This document shows, one piece after another, positions 12,801-24,310 of a stretch of 64,000 nucleotides of DNA. Each line of letters starts with the position of its first letter. The first letter of the stretch is position 1. The position numbers were made by a program, and so were the translations under genes. The notes beneath the pieces are model-generated. The model saw only the letters and a program-made list of their open reading frames with translations, was not told the DNA's origin and did not search any database. This DNA comes from Lama guanicoe. Lineage: Eukaryota. The stretch spans positions 3,764,866 to 3,828,865 of the forward strand of contig MU053379.1 in the NCBI GenBank assembly GCA_013239625.1, read 5' to 3'.

Positions 12801-13179
12801 GGGACGCCTTCAGCCTGTGTGGAAACAGCCACGGCTGGCTGAGCACATACAGGTGGGGCGCTCCTAAGGTCTTCCACTGAGGGCAGTGAGTCCAGAAGGA
12901 GCAGTTTTAGGGGGAAGAGTCAGGACCTGGATGTGACACCGGGGTAAAGACTGCCTCCTGGCTCGGAGACAGATGGGGCTCCTGGGGACACAGCAGGCAG
13001 CCCTCCGGAGGCTCCAGGGAAAGCTGACCGGTGAGTGGGCTTCCAGGGCGACCAGCGGGCGCGCTGGGTGAGGGCAGGGGGGCAGGCGGAGACACGGTTC
13101 GGGGGTCAGGGAGTTTGGGTGGAAGAAGAGAAGTGATGTGTGGGGACGGGGAGGAGGAGCTCTGGGCACCAGGGGTTAC

Positions 13180-13760
13180 AGGGGTCTGGTGAGGGTCCCA
13201 CCTGGGCTGCGAGCCGGCAGCGCAGGCGCAGGATGCGGATGGGTCCCGCCGTCCACACGGCCCCTCGGACGCTTGTCCCCGGAGTCTTGGGGGTGTTGGT
13301 GGCTTCTCGGAGGGAGTAATCTACAGAGCAAGGTTCTCGGAGGCTCCAGGATGGACCCTGGAGTCCTACCGCAGGTCGGAATCGCTGACGTGCGGGGGCT
13401 GGAGTCCCGGGGGGGGCCCGCTTTGAGGCCGCCGCCGGTGAGCCCCGGGGACAGGGCCGGCGGCGACTCCGGGGTCCGGGGTGCTCCCCCCAGGGGCTGC
13501 CCCGGAACCAGGCCGGGAGGAAGGGAGGCTTCTGCGCCTCGGCCGTTTCCCCCGTGGGACTGGCACGGTCGTTCCCTCTGCAGGGACGCGGCGTCACAGC
13601 TGCCGCACACGCACATCTGGGCAGAGCTGCTGGCAGAAGCGCTCTGGGCACCGTCAGCCCCACCGTGAGCCCCTCCGTGGCCGAGGGAACCCAGTTTGGA
13701 AACCACCACTTGTGCGAACCTGCCACCCACCCCGAGCCGCGCTGCCGTCAGACAGTCACA
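13180..13760. other. CpG-island-like patch overlapping a GC-enriched MIR core
   Basis: CpG-dense; 13530-13645 still resembles the MIR core ('ttctgcgcctcggccgtttcccccgtggg...gaagcgctc'). Confidence 0.5.
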
Positions 13761-14049
13761 GGTCAGACTCCCTGGTTGGGGGCAGCAGGGACCGGGTCCT
13801 TGCGTGGCGCTCGGTCTGGGTTGGTTGACGGCTGTGCTGGCCAAGACCTGGGGACTGTACACGCGGGCCCCCACTATGGGGCCTGGCAGGAGACACTCCT
13901 TGTATGAGTTCCTGGTGGGAAAAAAATGTTTTTCTTCAGAGCTGCTAATTATTGTTTGTTTGTTTGTGTTTTGCGGTGACCAGGAGCGTCATTGGTGCCC
14001 CCACAGCCTCCCTTCTCCTGCGCTGTCACCCCTCTTCAGTTGCATGAGG

Positions 14050-14425
14050 CTTCTGTCAGCCGCTCAAGCACATCCCTGCTCATGTGCTGTTCCCTCTTCT
14101 TGAATGCTGTTCCCTTTATGCTTGTCTTGGCTGCCTCCTTCTCATTCTCCATGTCTGCACCTAAATGTCTCCAGCTTGGAGTGACCATCTCCGTCCGAAT
14201 GCTCCTTCCGAAGTGCCTTTCCACCCCGTTTTTCCTCCATCATGGCACCTGGTCCCCTCTCGCCTCCCAGCACTTTGCACAGTTTGAGGTTAAGTATGCC
14301 TTCTGGCCGGCTGCCCAGGAGGCAGTCGGCGCCTTCGGGGCAGGGACAGGTCTGCCCTGCTCATTAGCCTTCCTAGCCCCAGGCGTGGTGAGCAAGCAGT
14401 ATTCACAAGTGGCTGCTGAACAGAT
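14050..14425 (+). mobile_element. L2 3' end
   Basis: 'tgtgctgttccctcttcttgaatgctgttccc' and terminal 'ggggcagggacaggtctgcc...ccccaggcgtgg...gcagtattcacaagtggctgctgaac'. Confidence 0.65.
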
Positions 14426-16284
14426 CACGGAGTTTTACATACAGTGCCATCACACAAAACGCTGAAGTCTCCTTCGCCACCAGGCACAGGGCTGACCCAT
14501 GGCTACAGCGTCTCCTCCTCCTCTGTCAGCTGTGGGATGTTAAGCCGATTCTGGCAGGAGGAGTCCAGCACAGTGAAAGGTGTCGAAAACTTACTTTAAA
14601 TTTAGAAGGCAAATATAGAAGGATAATTTACTGAGATATTAATTTGTGTGTGCTCTTCCTGTTCCACAAAGGAAGTCAGACTTTTTCTCGCCCCTTTGGG
14701 CACAGAACGCAAATTCCTTGCACACGTTGTTGGCACAGGAAGATTCATGCCTACCACCCAAACCTCATCACGCTGGGTGGATAAGTTAAATCAAACACAA
14801 TTTCTGCTTACTAAACACTGCCACCAAATCTTGAACCAGCTCATCTGATTTATGAGTAAGACTGTAATTTATTCTGTGCTGTTTCCACCACTACAAAGGT
14901 AACAGGGTTCTGTGTTCGTTTATGGAAATAAGTCTGCCTTGGCATATTTTTAAAGTTTTAATTTCTCTTCGCTACACCACAAAACCAGTTACTGCTGTTT
15001 AATTCATTCCATATTTGTTGCTGAGCATAAGCAATGCTTTTGGAGTCATCAGCGGCTGATGCTCTGGATGTGCAGGTGGGAGCAAATGATATTCAGTCAG
15101 CAGCCTGCATGTACAGGGAGGACATTCTTCCTACGCTGGAAGGTAAGTTTTTCTGGGAGCCATGCTAAATCTTTGGTTAACAGGAAACCATTTCATAATT
15201 TATAATTCATGTGTGACATCATTTACATGATTGGTAAATTACCAAATGGCTCCCAAGGGTCCATGTATTTACGCATTCATTCATGGGCTAATCTCACCTA
15301 ATTCCCCAACATTTAAAACCTGTAGCTTCATGGGAAGCTGGAAAAACTTAAGTCTCCATCCGCATCAGAAAGCAAAGTGCTGGCCAGCAGGGTTTCTGTA
15401 GCTCAGCGCAGGCCGGAAGAGAGGACGGTATCGGGGTGGAGCCCTCTCATTTAGCAGCAGCTGGGGTTTCTGAGCAGCCATGCTGGGGTTTGCACCCATT
15501 CTCCCAACGCAGTCCAGTGGTTCCACAAACTCAAGTTGAGAATGGAAGGAGAAATGCTGGAGCGAAAAGGGGAGGCTGGAGAAGGGGGGGAGGATTTGGG
15601 GAGGCCTTGACTCAGCTGGAGGACGGGTTCGGGGTGGGGGTCCAGCATTGTCTGTAGAGAATGCATGTGTGTGTGATTTATGGGAAAAAGAAAATTTGCG
15701 ACTCCAGTCAGCTGATCCACAGTCAAGAATAGGCTTTGGTCCTCTTTTCATTTTTAAAGAGAGAGAGAGAGATATGTACACACACAATTGTTAAAAGATT
15801 ATATTTTAACTACCTTTTCAAGGGACATTAGCTCTAACAGCACAGAGGCCTCAGTGTGTTTTCACGTGTCTTTTTTTCAGAAAGAATATTTTCTTTTCAT
15901 TAGGTCTCCTATCCATTACTGTGTGTGTTCGCTCGTGACTTTGGCAGGAAAGCACGGAACAAATGTTGTCAGGGACGTGTGGAGTCCAAGTCTTTAACCC
16001 CCAAATGTGTTTCATTCCCTGGAATTAGACAATCTACATCTTGGAACTAAGGACTCATTAAAAAAAAAACCCCATAGGTTTTAGCCCCTTTTGAAGGATT
16101 GTGGCTAAGAACAGAGGTGACCGAAGACTGAAAAAAGGCAAAGCGGCGGTTTTTGGTCCCTGGGCAGTTAGAGGGGAGTTTGGCAAATTCCAGGAGTTAA
16201 CATGGGGTCATTTCAAGCAAGTCAGTTTAAACCGGCCTGACTCCCTTTTGTAAGTGACCAGAAGGATCTCGCTCAGTCGCCGTT

Positions 16285-16470
16285 ACACATCAGGCTCTGC
16301 CCTAGGTGCCTGACGCGGATGTTGTCATTTAACCCTGGTGACGTTTCTGTGAAGTGGGAACTGTTTTTATCCTTACTTTAGTGAGGGTTAAACCGAGACA
16401 CGGAGAGAGTACACATCTTGTCTAAATCCCTCCACTAGGAGTAAAGCCAGGATTTGAACCTGAATTTTAT
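16285..16470 (-). mobile_element. MIR SINE
   Basis: 'gtcatttaaccct...ctgtgaagtggg...tttatcctta...accgagacacggagagag...aagccaggatttgaacctg'. Confidence 0.75.
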
Positions 16471-17029
16471 CAGGAGACCAGAAAGGAGTTTGAAGACATC
16501 TCAAGACACTTTTGTAAAAAATAAGGAGGAATGTGGTTGGATGATCATGTGGCTACTTGGACGGAAGGCTGCACCAGTCTCAGGAGCGGGTCCCCGCGTG
16601 GCAGGGCAGGCTGAAGAGGCCGTGGCTGCAAAGCACCACCGGCAATAACCTGGCGGCCGCAGGCGCAGCGAGGCTGGGGCCGGGCTCCTCACGCGGCCCT
16701 CAGGAGCCTGGGCTGCCCGAGACCAGGGCGCCCTGGGTCACTCCGTCAGTTTGGGCGGAAGGCCAGTTCTCCCTTGTCGAAGATGCTGAGCAAGGCTGGA
16801 CATGTTTGCAGACACACGGGCCAGGAACAGCACGCCCTGTTCTAATAACTTCTGGAATAGCTTCTGTGAAGGTTCTAGGGTGGGGAGGGGGTAGACGATT
16901 GAATGAAGAATCTTAGAAATTCTCTGATTGTCAATATTCTCCAAGGTTAAGGAGGAACAGAAAGGCAGATGGGGGCTTCCTGGAGTGAGCAAAAGAACTT
17001 TTTCACTGAGAGAGGATAATAATTGAAAA

Positions 17030-17365
17030 TGTAGTCAGAGCACAGAGGGTTCTTAGGGCAATGAAGCTACTCTGGGTGACACTGTCATGATGGACGCGTG
17101 ACATCGTGCATTTGTCCAAACCTGCGAAGTGCACGACACTGAGAGTGCGCCCTCACGTAGCGATGGACTTGGTGGTGGTGACGTGTCAGTGCAGGCTCTT
17201 TGGTTCCTGTTACGTCCCCCTTGTGGGGGATGTGACTAGTGGGGGGGTGACTGTGGAGGAGGCTGTGTGTGGGGGACAGGGGATAGACATGGGAAGTCTC
17301 TGAACCTTCCTTCCAATTTTCCTGTGAACCTAAAACTGCGATAAAAAAATAAAGCCTTAAAAAAA
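17030..17365 (+). mobile_element. L1MC1/2-like 3' end
   Basis: 'cagagcacagagggttcttagggcaatgaagctactctg...catttgtccaaacc...atgggaagtctctgaaccttccttccaattttcctgtgaacctaaaactgc...aaataaag' plus A tail. Confidence 0.85.
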
Positions 17366-17369
17366 GTAA

Positions 17370-18030
17370 ATGTAATTTACCTATAGTAACGTTCACTCCT
17401 TTAGTGTAGTTTTGTGAGTTTTGACAAATGCATCAGCATGTAGCCGTCACCACAACCCACGTGTAGAGTAATTCTAGCATCCTCCAAAATTCCCTCGCTG
17501 TGTCTCACCTCTTTTTTTTTTTTTTAAATGATGGAGGCCCTGGAGGTTGAACCAGGACCTCGCGCATGCTGAGCCCGTGTTCCACCACTGAGCCACCCAC
17601 CTCCGCCCTCCCCTCGTGGTAGACGGTGCTTTCCTCCACGCCAGCCCCTGGCAACTACTGGTGTGTTCTCTGTCCCTTCACTTTAACCTCTTCCAAAATG
17701 GAAAATGGAAACATAATGGAATCATTCACTGTGTAGACTTTTGGGTCTGGCTTCCCTGATGCGCTGGAAGCCGCGGTTGTTGGCCACGCGCTTCCAGGCG
17801 GCAGGTCCGCTCTCTCTACTGCTGAGTTGCAGCCTGTGGCGCACACGGGGCACGCAGCTTATCAGGTGCCCACTGATAAGGGCGACCGGGTTGGTGTCAG
17901 TTTGGGCAGTTACGAATAATGCTGCCGTCACCGCTGGCTTGTGGGCTTTGGGTGAACGTAAGTCTTACTTGCACACGGGCAGACTCAGGAGAGGGCCGGC
18001 TGGGTCCCACAGGGAGTGCGCGCTCGGCTC
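17370..18030 (-). mobile_element. L1ME/L1MD-like 3' fragment interrupted by a SINE
   Basis: 'gagttttgacaaatgcat...accacaa', 'ccagcccctggcaactactg', 'aatggaatcattcactgtgtagacttttgggtctggctt', 'gttacgaataatgctgc'. Confidence 0.75.
17512..17608 (-). mobile_element. tRNA(Ala)-derived short SINE, Vic-1-like (camelid)
   Basis: Reverse complement reads 'ggtggctcagtggtggaacacgggctcagcatgcgcgaggtcctggttcaacctccagggcctcc' with A-box/B-box-like motifs and an A tail; inserted in the L1 remnant. Confidence 0.8.
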
Positions 18031-20218
18031 TGAAGGGTGATCGTATTCTGAATGCATTGATTTGTGGTCCTGGTTTGCTCTATGATTTTGGATCATGGAA
18101 CCTTTGGAAGAAGGTTCTGGATTTAATTTTGCACATAGAGCTGTTTACTTCTGTCTCCCACAGAAGGAGATGAGTGGGTCCTGAACATCACTGCATTCAT
18201 CAAGGTTTTAACGACAAAATCGCCCTCTGCAGACAGGTGGCACGTGTCTAGGGACTTGCTTGGTGAAGCTTCTGCAGAAGAGTTACGTGGAAGCAAAGTT
18301 GCCTCTTAAGAAACCACCATGAAGGCATGGAGGTCAGCTGCAAAGCTTCCGTCTCAGAATGGTTTTCTTGTTCTTTCATGTTTTGCATTCAGTGTCCTAC
18401 AGGGAGTCCTGCAGTGACTTGACACACGACAAATGCCATGTTCTAAGCAGAGCCAGTCCGTTGTCATGAGGGCTTCTGCCAGACGTAGAACACTAGCGCC
18501 GAGGGACACGAGGTGAACACTGGTGCGGGGCGCCGTGACGCGGGCCGCGCTGTGAGCATGGACGGCACTTTCGATGCCAGCACATCATTAGTTCCCTCGG
18601 TTTGCAGCAGACGAGCGGACGCGACGGCCATAGTTTCTCCTGTTTGCATAGCTGCACAGATTTATGGTTTTGAAACAAAATCTATTTCTCTCCAAATAAG
18701 TAAGCAAGGACATTGGGGCAACCAACTTCTCAGAAAAGGAATGTTTTTAATTGGTATAGACATCTCAGAAAAATCAGATGCCAAATAACACACAGGAGCA
18801 TGGAGTTTGTCTGACAAAAAGGAAATCTCTCACCTGTGTGAGCAGTTTCATAACGTTACAACGCTAGTTTAACAGAGATCCAGAACTTTCATTTGGGGAA
18901 AAAACACTCACATTAGGATTTAAAGAACAGTGAGTCGAATTAAATTTATCAAATTAGCAAACCACTGTGATTTTTCTTCCTTTGAAAGTGAGGGTTCGGT
19001 GATTAGAAAGCAACATAGCTTTTGGTTAAGAATGATATATTTTTGTTCAGATTAACAATAATTAATCTTTAAGGTGTAGGATGATGCGCCATAGTATTTT
19101 TAATCACAACGTGATGCGAAATAATAAAAGTTATCATAATTGGTAACCCAAGCCCGTCTATTCAAAGGGAAGAAACCATTTAGCGCTCTTAACTGTCAAC
19201 CAGTCAGAGGTGGTTTCCAAATCAACCTGCAAGGAAGTCTGAGCACCGACACGAAAAATGTCTCTGCTTTCCTGAGGACGTTTATTGCTGGTAATAGCTC
19301 TTTAATAACTGGTAATTTGTGGAATTTAATTTCCAGTAGCGATGCACGAAAGTGGTCTGGAGGCAACAGAACTCTTCTCATTGGTTTCAGATCTTGAGCA
19401 ATTGTTTCAAAATGCTCATGTGATGAAACAAAATGCTTTGTATCATGACCTTTCATTTCGGAGGGCCAGCTTCTTCACTCTGGGTTTTTGGCTGGTATCC
19501 AGTGTCAAACAGCAGACAAGTCTGAGAGATGATGTGTCATTCAGAAACCTCTTCCCCGAGCCAAGGAATCTCTCGGTTCCTTACTAAGTTACTAAAACTT
19601 GATGGGCATTTTTGGATTAGTAAAGTGATACATTGTTGATTCTGGAAATTGGTAATTTAAGCTGATTTCTCTGCATAGTCTTCAGCAAACCATAAGACGG
19701 TTTTTGATAATGTCCAGTTTCATCCAAATACAGATGATGGTTTTATGTGAGTCCACTGTAACCTTAGCACAGAGTCTGCCTGAGCTGTGGGCTGAGGGGC
19801 TGGTTGCACAGAAGTGGGGGTTTCAGGATCATCTAACTGGGACGAGTTCTTGAGGCCTTTTTGCAAATGAGCAAGCAGTTTGCAATTTCTCTTTTAAAAA
19901 GGAAAACAAATGCAAACATATTCTTTTACGTAGACATTGTGTGATTTCAGGTTCCGTAAGCGAGATCTGTGAGAGCTGGGGAATGACTGCAGCCCCTGGG
20001 GATGCAGAAGAAGGTGGTCCCTGGACCACTGTCTGCCTGACCGAGATCAGCTGGTGGGGAGGGGTGGGCGATGCCAATGTCTACGGTTCAGTTTGAAGTT
20101 CCAGGATCCAAGTTTGCCTTTGAGTGATTTATCATTTCTTTTTCAAATATTCCTGTTACTGCCGCACACAGACACACAATTTGTAGTGACTTCCTCAGGA
20201 GCCTGTGGAAATCTCAGA

Positions 20219-20398
20219 CCGGTGGCCTCACAGCGTGGTTCCAACCTAGCAGGGCAGCATCCCCTGAAATGTGTTAGAAATGCAGATTATCCGGCCCCAC
20301 CCAGACCGGTTCACGCCAAATCTCTGAGGATGGGACCAGAAGTCTGTGTTTTAGGGAGTCCGGGGGATTCAGAGGCATCCTTGAGGGTGAAGGACTGA
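20219..20398. mobile_element. MER5A hAT-Charlie MITE
   Basis: 'cagcatcccctgaaatgtgttagaaatgcagattatccggccccacccagacc...aaatctctgaggatgggaccagaagtctgtgtttt'. Confidence 0.85.
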
Positions 20399-20899
20399 CC
20401 TTGATAAGCACAGTTAGCTTAGAGATTTTCAGAAAATCTTGAAAGCCCACTCTGCTTTAGGGCAACTGTCAAGAAGCTGGAAGTGGTTAAGGAATTACTA
20501 CCCCCAGGGGCAGCCCCCATTCAGTATCTCCCGAGTGAGCATTTAAACGTCCCAGCTCGCTGCCCTCTCCGGGTGGGGTGATTCTGACAGCGGGTTTGCA
20601 GAGCTGCCCCTTGCGGGGCTGAGCTCCAGACCTGGCTTTGCAGCCTGCCCCCTCCCTGCAAGTGCTCCCTCTCTCCCTGCAGGTGGTCCCCGAACACCAG
20701 CCCCGCCCACAACCTGCTCTCAAGTCCTTGCCTCTAGATGCTCCTGGCAGGTCCCAGACTAAGGCGCTCACCTGGGGCAAGTACTTCATAAAAACTGATA
20801 GACTGAACCTCCCCTACAGTCTTACCTGGGTCAGAGGCCATCATTCCATCTCTGCCACTCCTGAGCGGAAGCAGGAATCTGCCCGGAAGGCAGGGACCA

Positions 20900-21143
20900 A
20901 GGATCAGAACACAGGCTTTAGAGCCAAATTCTTGTGATGGAGTCTGGCTTTGCCTCTTGCTGGCTGTGCAACTTTGGGTTCATTCCTTAACCTCTCTGTG
21001 CCTGTTTCCTCATCTGCAAAACAAATGTAATTATAGCACGTACCTCAGAGGGTCCTGAAGGAGCTTTAATGAGTTCAACATGCAAAGTGTTTCGAACAGC
21101 ATCTGGCCTGTGGTAAGCATGTAGCAAATGCTGACTATTATTA
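20900..21143 (+). mobile_element. Near full-length MIR SINE
   Basis: 'gctgtgcaactttgggttcattccttaacctctctgtgcctgtttcctcatctgcaaaac...aatgagttcaacatgcaaagtgtttcgaacag...gactattatta'. Confidence 0.9.
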
Positions 21144-21384
21144 GTAATATAGTTTTTTTTTAATTTGTTGTTTTTTCTTGGCAAGGGACTTCAGCACTGT
21201 GTCAGTTCGGTTCCTTCCTTTTCTCCTAAGAAGCCCCCCCGACACCCCCTGTCGTTTTCCGACCCCGTCATCTTGCTGGTTTGTCCCGCCAGGAGGCTTC
21301 ACACAGCATGAAACCTGAAAAGACACAATTACTGATCTTGCATTTAACAGGAAACACTTTTTAAAAAGGCAGTAAACACTTACC

Positions 21385-21580
21385 AGTTAAGAGCTTTACA
21401 CAGATTTCCCTAAGGCATCGTGTTGGGGTAGAGGTCCGTCCTTGCTTCTGCCGCTGCTCACTGGGAAAACTGAGGCTTGAAGAGGCGAAGCCCCTTTCCA
21501 GGGCTGCAGAGCCGGGAAGTGCGAGAGGAGAGACTCAGGCTCAGGACCCTCGACCACAGAGCCCGGCCGTCGGCCCCAGC
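21385..21580 (-). mobile_element. MIR fragment
   Basis: 'gggaaaactgaggcttgaagaggcgaagcccctttccagggctgcagagccgggaagtg'. Confidence 0.6.
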
Positions 21581-21619
21581 GCCGCGCGAGCAGGCCTGCT
21601 TACTGCTACCTCTGGATGA

Positions 21620-21776
21620 ACAGTCTCTGACATTCTCACGGCTCAGAATGCCTTGGACGGACGGCTCCCTGGGCCCAGCACCAGGCACGTCTAAGTCTGG
21701 AGATCTGGGGGCGCTTCTAACAAGTCCGAGCTGATGCTGTGGTGCTGGTCTGGGGACCCCACTTTGAGAAGCCCTG
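21620..21776. mobile_element. MER5-family MITE
   Basis: 'ttctaacaagtccgagctgatgctgtggtgctggtctggggaccccactttgagaagccctg'. Confidence 0.7.
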
Positions 21777-21884
21777 TCCTGTGTTATAGCCCAGTTAGAA
21801 CACGTGAGGAAAAGAAATAAAATCAGAATGGCTTGGGACTACAGCCTCATTTTCTTGATATGCTTGATACATAGGGTGCAAATA

Positions 21885-22150
21885 CCTCCTTCAGCAATCT
21901 TTTTTTTTTAAATGATATATAATAGAAATTAACTTTTCTGTTACATAAAAGAGATCTAGAAGTAGGCCACGTAGGGCCGGTGTGCTGCCCTCAACACCAG
22001 TGATTAGGCTCCTCCACACAGAAACTTGCTGTTCCATCTTCAGCATGTGGCTTCCACTGCATAGCACAGTATGGCTGCTGGACCAGCAGCCATCGCATCT
22101 GCATTCCAGCTGACAGGAAGGAGGAAGGACTGAAGAAGGGCACACATCTT
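21885..22150 (-). mobile_element. MLT1J-like MaLR LTR
   Basis: 'ccatcttcagcatgtggcttcc...atggctgctggaccagcagccatcgcatctgcattccagctgacaggaaggaggaagg...gaagggcaca'. Confidence 0.8.
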
Positions 22151-23019
22151 TTAAATTTTCTTTAAAAATTTAATTGCCAAAAAAGCTCACATCTGTACCA
22201 TTTAGTAGTGTTAAGTACAGTCACGTTGTTGTACAATGAATCTCAGGAACTTTTGCATCTTCCCCTTTGTCCAACTTTAAGAAATTATTACCAAAAAACA
22301 AAAAGTGCTAAAGCATATTTTCAACAGCTGCACATGCCAATGACAGTGGGGGATAAGATGTGTGCATTCACACGAAAAGCTGGTTAGTTTCTGGCCTCTC
22401 TCTCCTTTTTGGCTGTATCTAAATAAATCAGGTGGGTGTCCAGCAAATGACTTTTTGGAAGCACTGGGTCGTTATGGTTATGAAAAAATGACATGGGGGG
22501 ACGCCACTCTTGCAAAGCTCAACTTACTTAGACATCTGTTGTATTGCTTGGATCATTCAAATCCCCAAATAAATTTTTAAAAATTATGTGGAATTGGGCT
22601 TTTGTGCCAAAAACAATGACACTAACATTTTTTGTTTTCTCAGTGGAACCTTATATCAATACTTTTCATGTACAACCATTTAACATACAAAATGTTGCAG
22701 AAGCAATATTGCTGAAGTCAAAGTGGGGGAGACGGGAAGATGGAGGCTACACCCCATCATTTAGCCTCCTCCTCAGGGGAGAAGCCCTAGGGTATAAAGC
22801 AGATTAAATTCCTCCCCTCCAAGAACAACAGAAATGTCTTAAACTCTGAGGTCCTTAAATATTTATATGACATCACTAATAGCTCATTTTAAAATTTTCA
22901 GTTATTCCCTGAGTCACATGTGCCTTGCCTTTTTTGAGTCCTAAGGGGCGTCCTTGGACTCTATGCAAATAAGCCAGTGTCACGTTATGGAATAAACACT
23001 GGTGTGACGCTGAGCCTTT

Positions 23020-23155
23020 CTGCCTAACCCCGGATCTTCCGCTAACTGACTTTGTCACTTGGGGAGCCAGTTAATCTCTCATTTGTAGGATGAGCGGCTG
23101 AACTAACCGATCTGTTAGGGTTTGTGCCTTGGAGCCCTGACCTTCTGTGGTTCTT
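23020..23155 (+). mobile_element. MIR3/MIRc fragment
   Basis: 'ctaactgactttgtcacttgggg...ctcatttgtaggatgagcggctgaactaaccgatctgttaggg...cttctgtggttct'. Confidence 0.55.
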
Positions 23156-24099
23156 TTTAATGCCTGGATACAATGACCTTGCCGCTGATGGAAAGATTAT
23201 CTTGGGAAATGTTGGCCAAAGCTAAACCCTTTCCCCCCAGACATCTGGTCTCGTTTCCTCCTGCAGGGCAGAGAGACAACCTGGCCGAGTTCCAGCTCAG
23301 GTAACTACATTCTTCCCACCACGATTTTCCTGGCGTTGTCCATCGGCTACGCTGTGCCTCTCCATTCCTCCTCCGTCGCTTGTCCCTTGATATTGCTGTC
23401 TGCTGTCTCGTAGAGCAGATCTCAAGCAGTGGCTTCATTTGGGGGGTTTTCTTGTGTTTTAGGAAACGTAACTCCATCACTACAATTGGCCAGGGACATG
23501 GGACATTGGCATGTCAGCCTTTCTAAATGTCCTGAAGGGTTGGGCTCAGGACTGTCATGTTGGTCTATTTTTAGTAGTGACATTATGGAAAATTACCTTA
23601 AAAGTCTAATTGGAAAGGACACAGACAACAATGGCTCCTATTTACCCAAACAGTTCTAATGGGAAACCACACTGATGCTAACAGCTAGTGGTGGTAATGG
23701 CTTACTGTGTATCCTATACCCTTGTACGTGCTCCGTACGTATCTGCTCCTTGCAGACGAGGACACTGAGGCACGGAGGGGCTGCATCTCTTGCCTGCAGT
23801 TCACGCAGTTCCTCGAGCATCTTGTGGGAGAGCGGTTATGGGGCATCCATGGACTAGACCATTAAAAAAAGTGAGGTCAGTGCAAAGACAGCCGATGTGG
23901 CAAACTCTCCCAGATGTACAATTAAGCGGAAAGGGTGAGATGTGACGTCAAAAGGAATCCGCGAGTGGCGTCACACTAACCATCTAAACTTTGCTAAAGA
24001 TGAAGCGGTATACTTGGTTTAACAAAGCAATGGCATTTGATAAAGCACCCCAGAAATAACGCGGTTTGGAGGGAAACGTTGTTCATTTGACAGACCGCA

Positions 24100-24310
24100 T
24101 ATCGGAATTTGCAGATACTGACAACTACATGTGAAGTAGCTGAACGACCAGGTCCTTCTGCACAGCACAGGGAGCTGTAGCCAATGCCCTGCGACAGCCC
24201 ATCGTGGAAAAGAACATGAAAAGGAACGTGTGTGTGTGTGTAACTGAAGCGCTGTGCTGCGCACCAGCGATTACACAACATTGTAACTGACTACACTTCA
24301 ATTTGAAAAC
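24100..24310 (+). mobile_element. 5'-truncated lineage-specific L1 3' end (camelid/cetartiodactyl type)
   Basis: 'atttgcagatactgac...ctgcacagcacagggagctg...gaaaagaacatgaaaagg...cacaacattgtaactgactacacttcaattt'; aligns to the copies at 26.0 kb and 42.0 kb. Confidence 0.85.

Noticed and set aside
17532..17605. tRNA-Ala-like sequence on the minus strand
   Set aside because: Degenerate stems and B-box plus an A tail; it is a SINE, not a tRNA gene
17856..17865. 10-nt match to miR-21 (agcttatcag)
   Set aside because: Match stops after 10 nt, lies in an L1 remnant and has no pre-miRNA-length hairpin
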